Shown one piece after another: positions 57,127-64,000 of a stretch of 64,000 bases of DNA. The notes beneath the pieces are model-generated. The model ran no database searches. It was given only the letters and a program-made list of their open reading frames with translations, and was not told where the DNA came from. This stretch comes from an uncultured Bacilli bacterium. Lineage in GTDB: Bacteria; Bacillota_I; Bacilli_A; RF39; UBA660. Positions within the stretch are counted from its first letter, which is position 1, and each line of letters starts with the position of its first letter. Where the stretch lies: NCBI GenBank assembly GCA_934086815.1, contig CAKOIM010000001.1, positions 78,366 to 142,365 of the forward strand, given 5' to 3'. A program made the translations under genes and the position numbers.

Positions 57127-57945
57127 TAGCATTTTTTTAAGTCTTTTTAAAGTTAAGTTATCATTTAAGAAGTTATCAATAAGTTTATTTGGGATTTTAT
57201 TTACTAAAGTTTCATAAAGTAGGTATTCATCTTCGGGATTATTTAATAAATCACTAATGTATTCTTGAGATAATAGTTCTAAGACTAAAACATTTAAAGA
57301 AAATTCTGTCATTTTCTGAAATTTTTCATTAAATGTATCAGAATATATAGCTGAGTGGCCATCAATATCAATTATTTCTGGCTCTAGAAAGGGAGTTAAT
57401 AATATATTAGTATTTTTGCACTCCCAGGTTGGGTGTTGACATAGATCTATATGATAAATATTATGTTTTGCTAGTTCTTCGACTTTTTCAATTATTCTTT
57501 TAACTATTTTTAAACGTATATTGTATGATGGTATATTCATTACACTGTAAATATTTAAAGCATGTCTGTGATAATATAGAGAGCAACCTTTAAATTTTCC
57601 ATCTACATATATTGGCTTTTGCGGTAATTTAGTTAATTTAATGTCTTTTTGAGTTTCTATAGCTTTAGTTATAGCGTCCGCCCTTGATAGACGAACATTT
57701 TCTTTATCATAATATTGAATAATGTTTCTTTCAACTTTTTTATTGCTAATATTTTTAAAGGGAGTAATATTAACCCCGTCTTCATCGATTATAGGTTCTT
57801 TAATATCAACTTGCATATAATCATAGTAAGAGTAATAAATTTTTAAAAGCTCATTTTTATTATATTTATATATTGTTCCCTCGGTACCTTGACCAATTAT
57901 TTTTAATTTTTGTAATTCTTTTTCTGTAATTTCTATTTTATCCAT
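57124..57945 (-). CDS. Protein-kinase-like fold protein (atypical)
   Basis: Gly-loop IGQGTEGTIYKY, catalytic-loop-like YHIDLCQ...NTNILL, and DFG-like IIDIDG. Start moved to the second ATG (57945) behind a GAGG RBS. Confidence 0.5.
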   Translation of the reverse strand: MDKIEITEKELQKLKIIGQGTEGTIYKYNKNELLKIYYSYYDYMQVDIKEPIIDEDGVNITPFKNISNKKVERNIIQYYDKENVRLSRADAITKAIETQKDIKLTKLPQKPIYVDGKFKGCSLYYHRHALNIYSVMNIPSYNIRLKIVKRIIEKVEELAKHNIYHIDLCQHPTWECKNTNILLTPFLEPEIIDIDGHSAIYSDTFNEKFQKMTEFSLNVLVLELLSQEYISDLLNNPEDEYLLYETLVNKIPNKLIDNFLNDNLTLKRLKKML

Positions 57946-58256
57946 AAATACCTCGCTATGTATCAATTATAACATTACTAGTTATTAAATAATATAACAC
58001 ATGATAAAAAAATAATTTAGAAGCTGTTATTAAAAGTAGTTTTTTTGCAAGTTTATATTGGAAATTGGATAAGTTTAGAGAAATATATAAATAATAAAAT
58101 TAATAAAATTAATATATATTGACATTATTAATTTAGAATGTTAATATAAATAAAAATTATTGAATTATGTAATTTAAATTTATTTTGGAGGAGGAGGTTC
58201 TTTTTTAGAGCCTCCTTTTTCAAAGGTAAAACAGAGAAGGAGAAAAAATGGAAAAT

Positions 58257-58294
58257 GTAAAATTAATGAATATGTGTAAAATTAATGAATATGT
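58257..58294. repeat. Perfect 19-bp tandem duplication at the 5' end of the Nudix gene
   Basis: GTAAAATTAATGAATATGT occurs at 58257-58275 and again at 58276-58294. Confidence 0.95.
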
Positions 58295-58734
58295 GTAAAA
58301 TTATTGATCCTAATACCAAAAAAGTATTAGTACAAGAAAGAATAAAAAGTTGGAAGGGAGTTGCTTTTCCAGGGGGAAAACTAGAACTAGGAGAAAGTAT
58401 TGTTCCTTCGGTTAAAAGAGAAGTATATGAAGAAACAGGATTAAAATTAAATTCTGTTAAAATATGTGGAGTTAAAGATTGGTATGATAAAAAAGAAAAA
58501 GAAAGACAATTAATTATTTTATTTATATCAGATGATTATAGTGGTGATATCATTGCAGAAACTTCCGAAGGTAAAGTATATTGGATAGATGAAGACAATT
58601 TAAAAAACACAAAACTTGCAGATGATTTTGATAAGTTATTGGAAGTTTTTAATAATGCAGAAATTAATGAAATGGTTTATGAAGAAAATGACAATCAAGA
58701 TGAAAAATTAAGATGGGATTTAAAATTATACTAA
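58285..58734 (+). CDS. NUDIX hydrolase (5' end disturbed by the duplication)
   Basis: Nudix box GGKLELGESIVPSVKREVYEETGL. The RBS-linked ATG at 58248 now runs into TAA at 58296-58298. Confidence 0.75.
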   Translation: MNMCKIIDPNTKKVLVQERIKSWKGVAFPGGKLELGESIVPSVKREVYEETGLKLNSVKICGVKDWYDKKEKERQLIILFISDDYSGDIIAETSEGKVYWIDEDNLKNTKLADDFDKLLEVFNNAEINEMVYEENDNQDEKLRWDLKLY

Positions 58735-58954
58735 AAACAATTAGATGGAGGAAAAAACATTAAATCTAATAAACAAGAACTTCTAACAAAAAATAATATA
58801 ATATATTTTAGAAAAATAATTCTTGGATTCAAAAACTTGTTATTGTTTAATAAATTAACTGGTTAAGTCAAACTTCAAAAAAATAATAAAATAAATTTAT
58901 TTGTTTACTAACTATGAAAAACAAAGAACATAAAAAAATAAAATGAGAAAATAA

Positions 58955-59721
<767 letters not shown>

Positions 59722-59734
59722 AACACATTTAAAT

Positions 59735-59758
59735 AAAAGCTTATCAATAGCTTTTTTT
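59735..59758 (+). terminator. Terminator after the trpS remnant
   Basis: AAAAGC-ttatcaata-GCTTTT followed by a T-run. Confidence 0.5.
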
Positions 59759-59824
59759 ATTTCAATAAAATATTAAAATGTTTCTTAATTAATATAACAT
59801 AACATATAATTAAGTGGTGATTAC

Positions 59825-60733
59825 ATGTTTTATAATAATGTCCATACAAGAATTAGATATGTTTTTCTTGTAGTTATAATAATTCTTCTTATAACAATTT
59901 TAAGAGTTTTTTATATTCAAGTTTTTTCTTATGAAAAATTAAATACTTTAGCCCAAAATTTATGGAGTAGAATGTTACCAATTTCTGCGGATCGGGGAGA
60001 AATTGTCGATAGAAAGGGAAGAAGTCTTGCGACAAATATTACAACCACTTCTTTAGTCATTATTCCTAATCAAATAAAAGATAAAGAAGATGCGGCTAAG
60101 AAATTAAGTGATATATTAAAAAGTGATTACAATGATATGTTAAAGCATGTAAGTAAAAAAACTTCGATTGAAAGAGTCCATCCGGAAGGAAGAGGGTTAA
60201 GTTATGATGTAGCCGAGGCTATAGATGCCTTAAAAATAGATGGAGTATATTTAGTAAAAGAAAGTAAAAGATATTATCCGTATAATAATTTATTAAGTCA
60301 TGTTTTAGGTTATGTAGGAATAGATAATCAAGGTTTATCTGGGTTAGAGTTATATTATGATAAGTATTTAACTGGTAAAGATGGATCAATTAAATATTTT
60401 TCTGATGGGAAAGGACATAAATTAGAATTAGCGGAAATATATGAGGCTCCAACATCAGGAATGACTTTGCAACTTACTATTGATTTAGATTTGCAACAAG
60501 TAGTAGAAAACGAACTTGATAATGTAGTTAGTAAATATAATCCGGAAAGTGTAATTGCTATTGCTATGAATCCTAAAAATGGCGAAATATTAGCTATGTC
60601 TAGTAGACCTAATTTTGATTCTAATAATTATAAAGCATATGATAGTGAAATAATAAATAGAAATTTGCCAATTTGGATGACTTTTGAACCTGGGTCTACG
60701 ATGAATATTGTACCACCCGAAAGCGATACCTAA
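59825..60733 (+). pseudogene. Class B PBP (SpoVD/FtsI-like) truncated at the SxxK active-site motif
   Basis: Intact TM helix and N-terminal/dimerisation domain up to FEPGSTM, then NIVPPESDT* instead of K... and the rest of the transpeptidase domain. Confidence 0.75.
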
Positions 60734-60829
60734 TTAATGATATTCATATTTGGTGTAAATATGCATAAAGAATAATGATTTGACAAACATTTTTATTGGA
60801 GCTATCATTCACTCAATGGAGGTTTTTTT

Positions 60830-61105
60830 ATGAGTATGGATAAGTTATTTCTAAGAAATGAAAAAAGAATCAAAAAATTATATGATACCGAACTGCTAGC
60901 ACATTTGTTGCTTTTAAATTATCAATTTTCAAATAATAAATACCATAATATAATCGCTAGTGAAATATTTAAAAATCTACACAAGATTAAATATTCCAAA
61001 AAAGATTTAGAACAAATAAAAAATAATGCTATTGCACTATTAGATATAAAATATAATATTAGAGTTAATAATTTAGAAACACTTGATTTTTATAATTTAG
61101 ATTAG
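60830..61105 (+). CDS. Hypothetical protein (91 aa)
   Basis: GGAGG RBS and a TTGACA-17-TATCAT promoter-like sequence at 60781-60809. Confidence 0.4.
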   Translation: MSMDKLFLRNEKRIKKLYDTELLAHLLLLNYQFSNNKYHNIIASEIFKNLHKIKYSKKDLEQIKNNAIALLDIKYNIRVNNLETLDFYNLD

Positions 61106-61129
61106 TATAAAATAAAAAGAAAACAAATC

Positions 61130-61408
61130 TTATTTTCTTTCATCAATTCTATTAAATGTAGTTCTATGAGTTTTATCGTATTTTAGTAAATCTGATGCAG
61201 TCATTTTTAACTTACGATCAATATTTTTGTTCATACCTTCTGCTATTTTATCAAGCATTTCAATTGTAGGTTTTCTTTTACAATTTTCTAATTCATTTAT
61301 ATAAACTAAATTACTTCCAACTTTCTCAGCAAACTTTTCTTGAGATAAGTTATATTTTTGTCTATAATATTTTAAATTCATTGATAGTATTTCACGACTA
61401 TTATTCAT
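61130..61408 (-). CDS. XRE-family HTH transcriptional regulator
   Basis: LKYYRQKYNLSQEKFAEKVGSNLVYINELENCKRKPTIEMLDKIAEGM (HTH_3 pattern). Confidence 0.8.
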   Translation of the reverse strand: MNNSREILSMNLKYYRQKYNLSQEKFAEKVGSNLVYINELENCKRKPTIEMLDKIAEGMNKNIDRKLKMTASDLLKYDKTHRTTFNRIDERK

Positions 61409-61562
61409 AAAATCTTACCTCACTTTCTACAATTTATTTTATACAAGTGTTAAATAATTGTCTTTTGCACAACTGTTTAAGGTTAAAGTATTGATTTTTT
61501 ATAAAAATTGGTTATCATATTAATGTAGTAGTAAATCTTAAATAGTTTGGTGGTGAAATAAA

Positions 61563-61811
61563 ATGAGTATAAAAAAAGCAATAAGTATATTTGGAGCAGC
61601 TATATTTCTAGTATTCCTAATTAAAGGGTTATATATTGATACAAATTTAGGATATACCCTAGAAGCATCTCCTTTTTCAATGACGGGATGCCCATTGTTT
61701 ATCGAAGCATTATTATCAGTTGCATTTTGGCCTTTTTTAATATATGCAATGATAGAGGAATTATGCGACAAAGTTATTAATCGTTTCATCAAAAAAATCA
61801 ATGCTAATTAA
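61563..61811 (+). CDS. Small two-TM membrane protein (82 aa)
   Basis: GGTGGTGA RBS and hydrophobic segments. Preferred over the antisense ORF 61538-61801. Confidence 0.4.
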   Translation: MSIKKAISIFGAAIFLVFLIKGLYIDTNLGYTLEASPFSMTGCPLFIEALLSVAFWPFLIYAMIEELCDKVINRFIKKINAN

Positions 61812-61896
61812 AAATTATAAAGAAATATTTTATGAAAGTATTTCTTTCTTTTAATAATTGTGTATAATAATAGTAAATTAAGTTTTGAGGTGCATT

Positions 61897-62238
61897 ATGA
61901 GAGTAGTTAATAAAAATGTAGAATCAAAAAGGGATATCATAAGTGAATTAAAAAATATTAAAGTTAATTCAACAAATAAACATAAGGAAATAGAATTAGA
62001 TTCTTACATAGTAAGTATTGTTATGATAATTATTACTTCTAATGCTAGTAATCTTAATAAAAATGAATATGTTGTATATATGCTTATTCAAGATAAAAAA
62101 ACAGATGATTTATATGGGAAATTTAATTTAAAAACATTCTTTGATGAAGAAGATGCTAATGCTTATTATGATAAGATGATACTTGAAGCATCTAGCTTTT
62201 CTAAAGAAAAAATTGAAGATTTAGTGCGAGATTTATAG
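61897..62238 (+). CDS. Hypothetical protein (113 aa)
   Basis: GAGGTG RBS before ATG 61897. No motif recognised. Confidence 0.4.
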   Translation: MRVVNKNVESKRDIISELKNIKVNSTNKHKEIELDSYIVSIVMIIITSNASNLNKNEYVVYMLIQDKKTDDLYGKFNLKTFFDEEDANAYYDKMILEASSFSKEKIEDLVRDL

Positions 62239-62240
62239 TT

Positions 62241-62297
62241 GGCATTAAAATGCATTAAAAAGCATCGAAAAGCATCGAAAAGCATTAAAAAGCATCG
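62241..62297. repeat. Six in-phase 10-bp repeats (A/T)GCAT(T/C)(A/G)AAA
   Basis: GGCATTAAAA TGCATTAAAA AGCATCGAAA AGCATCGAAA AGCATTAAAA AGCATCG, each starting exactly 10 bp after the previous one. Confidence 0.95.
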
Positions 62298-62305
62298 TTT
62301 AGTTC

Positions 62306-62382
62306 TTGACTTAGTAAAGTCAAGTGGTAAAATATAGTAAAATCGATGAATTGTATCGAAAGAAACAAGTCATCGTTTTTTT
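62306..62382 (+). promoter_or_regulatory. Promoter plus ~40-nt hairpin/T-run (tiny transcript or attenuator)
   Basis: TTGACT (62306-62311), 16-nt spacer, TGG-TAAAAT (62325-62333). The -35 lies in the palindrome CTTGACTT/AAGTCAAG. Hairpin CGATGAATTG...CAAGTCATCG (62344-62375) is followed by a T7 run. Confidence 0.45.
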
Positions 62383-62408
62383 GTTATTAACTTTTTTCAC
62401 AAAAGCCA

Positions 62409-62437
62409 TTGACAATATAAAATAAAAATATTAGAAT
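62409..62437 (+). promoter_or_regulatory. Candidate promoter of the ArpU-like gene
   Basis: TTGACA (62409-62414), 17-nt spacer, TAGAAT (62432-62437). Confidence 0.5.
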
Positions 62438-62670
62438 AATAGCCAATATTTGGAAAAAGAAAAATTTTTGTTATGTGTGAAGTGATTGTGGTAGTATTTG
62501 ATGACTTCACCTTAAGGTAAGGTGATAACTATGCAAAATCATAAATCTTATTTTAGTATTTATAACTTAAATTTAGTTTCTCTAAAAAACGAGGAGATAC
62601 TTATATAGGGTTAAATTCCCCTTATAAGCATCTCCTTTTCTATTGGCTATATTCAAGTTGGAGGGTTAAA

Positions 62671-63207
62671 ATGAATAACACAATACAAGAAAACGAAGTT
62701 CTATTTGATAATGAAATGTTATCTAGATTAGATTTAATTGATTACGATATTGAAAGAACTTTCTATCGTGTCTGTATGTTTATGAAAAAATATAGAAAAT
62801 TAAAAGTAAAAAATTATTGTGAAGTACCAATTAAAATTACTAGTACATATAAGTATGTTTTTGTTGATGAAAAAACTAAAGGTATTAATGATTATACTAA
62901 ATTAGATGCTTTTATAGATAATGATACAGAATATCAAGAATTGTCAAAAAAAATTTGCTCTATAACTAAGAATTTTAGTCAAGAGGAATTAGTTTATTAT
63001 ACTATATGCTTGTATAGACAAGAATCCGAAACTCGTGCCTTTAAGGAAATTGGTTGTTCTAATAAAGGTCTTGTACCAATTAAAAATAGTTGTATTGTGA
63101 AATTTGCTTGTGCCTTAGATATAGAAGTATATAATGATGATGACGGATTTGCTGATCCTAACGAGGAAGAAAAGTTTGAAAAATTTATGAAAGAATTTAA
63201 GTTGTAG
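62671..63207 (+). CDS. Possible ArpU-family (phage late-gene, sigma-like) transcriptional regulator
   Basis: Size and pattern (...MKKYRKLK...TSTYKY...EELVYYTICLYRQESETRAFKEIGCSNKGLVPIKNSCIVKFACAL) resemble ArpU-type regulators from memory. Confidence 0.35.
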   Translation: MNNTIQENEVLFDNEMLSRLDLIDYDIERTFYRVCMFMKKYRKLKVKNYCEVPIKITSTYKYVFVDEKTKGINDYTKLDAFIDNDTEYQELSKKICSITKNFSQEELVYYTICLYRQESETRAFKEIGCSNKGLVPIKNSCIVKFACALDIEVYNDDDGFADPNEEEKFEKFMKEFKL

Positions 63208-63323
63208 AAATGCAACTTTTTTTATTGCATTAAAGGAGGTGGTTTTATGATTGTGTAAAAGGTAATTCTTAATGATTTGACAAAAGTTTTTAAGTAGTAT
63301 ATCATTCAAGCAAAGGTGATATT

Positions 63324-63938
63324 ATGAAATCAAAAATCTTTAAAATTAGCGTTGTTGCTATAATAGTGATATTAATTACTACTTTTATCTTTATTGGTAA
63401 AACCAATTCTAGTAAGAATAACTTATCAAAAAATTTTACTAGCAATACAGAATCAAAAGAAAAAGTAAAACAAAAAGATATTCAAGAGAAAACAGAAAAT
63501 CAAAAGGAATTACCAAAAGAAAGAAATGAAAGTGTTGATGTTGTAGAAAGCCCTAAGGAAGAGGTAAAAGAAAATAAAGTATTTTCTACTACTTCTACTA
63601 CATCAAATAATTCAAATGAAAAAAATCAAAATAATAATCAACAAAATCAATCACAACCTAATAATAATCAAATTAAAGAAGAACCAACAAAAGAAAATAA
63701 TAATTCTTATATAGGTATTCCTAATCCAAATGATTTTAATTATTCTTTTCATAAAGGTAAAATTGAATATAGTTCTATGGATGCTTGTCTTTCTGCTAGC
63801 GAAAGAATTTCTTTGAAAGATACTGTTGATATTATTAATAGTTGGTGTATGGATGTTGTTGATGGTCAAGGTACAGTTTTAGGTGAATATTTATATATTA
63901 ATTGTTCATCTGGAAATTGTAATAAGTATAAAGATTAG
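63324..63938 (+). CDS. Secreted/anchored protein with an N/Q/E/K-rich linker and a Cys-containing C-terminal domain
   Basis: N-terminal TM/signal (IFKISVVAIIVILITTFIFIG), a low-complexity NNNQQNQSQPNNNQ tract, and a C-terminal block with 4 Cys. Confidence 0.5.
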   Translation: MKSKIFKISVVAIIVILITTFIFIGKTNSSKNNLSKNFTSNTESKEKVKQKDIQEKTENQKELPKERNESVDVVESPKEEVKENKVFSTTSTTSNNSNEKNQNNNQQNQSQPNNNQIKEEPTKENNNSYIGIPNPNDFNYSFHKGKIEYSSMDACLSASERISLKDTVDIINSWCMDVVDGQGTVLGEYLYINCSSGNCNKYKD

Positions 63939-64000
63939 ATATTCTAGTCTTTTTTATTTTGGAGGAAAAAATGAAAATATTATTATTTATTGGAATAGCA

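Noticed and set aside
58190-58222. Hairpin GGAGGTTC-ttttta-GAGCCTCC with a T-run upstream of the Nudix gene, considered as a terminator of an unannotated sRNA
   Set aside because: No promoter or gene is evident upstream on the + strand and there is one mismatch in the stem. The evidence is insufficient to call a feature.
61538-61801. ORF 61538-61801(-) overlapping 61563-61811(+)
   Set aside because: The plus-strand ORF has a GGTGGTGA RBS and plausible TM helices. The minus-strand one has no RBS, so the plus strand was preferred (still low confidence).
62997-63869. ORFs 62997-63215(-), 63115-63309(-), 63651-63869(-)
   Set aside because: They are antisense to better-supported plus-strand genes or span intergenic promoters, with no RBS.

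Overview
Low-GC (roughly 25-30% G+C by eye) Bacillota-type chromosomal segment read with the standard code (TGA is a stop, e.g. 16584-16586; Trp is TGG). Housekeeping blocks: a class B PBP, rpmB (missed by the ORF track), adjacent dnaE-polC, a remodelled heat-shock operon (CIRCE-hrcA-grpE-ORF-dnaK | tldD-pmbA-dnaJ), mtaB, recD2, a SPOR protein, mreC-mreD, spoIVFA/spoIVFB-like genes and rplU-prp-rpmA. Accessory content: an AbiEi/AbiEii module with a perfect 22-bp inverted-repeat operator; a DUF4143 ATPase flanked by two tandem-repeat arrays; and a surface protein whose last ~60 codons and 3' UTR are abruptly GC-rich. The most interesting feature is a ~22-kb locus (26.5-49 kb). It holds two catalytic SipW-type signal peptidases, two catalytically degenerate SipW-like paralogs, at least eight proteins with TasA/SipW-cognate-like N-termini, a ~2,470-aa beta-helix-repeat protein, and an embedded three-gene cassette with a membrane-anchored, coiled-coil McrB-like AAA+ NTPase. 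I interpret it as a candidate undescribed TasA-like fibre/adhesin system, or such a system with a defence-like insertion. The 3' end of the window (58-64 kb) looks decayed or mobile: a Nudix gene with a 19-bp tandem duplication at its start, a degraded trpS pseudogene, a PBP gene truncated at its SxxK motif and followed by prophage-like regulators (XRE, ArpU-like), and a 10-bp phased repeat array. All family assignments come from motif recognition by eye; no searches were run.
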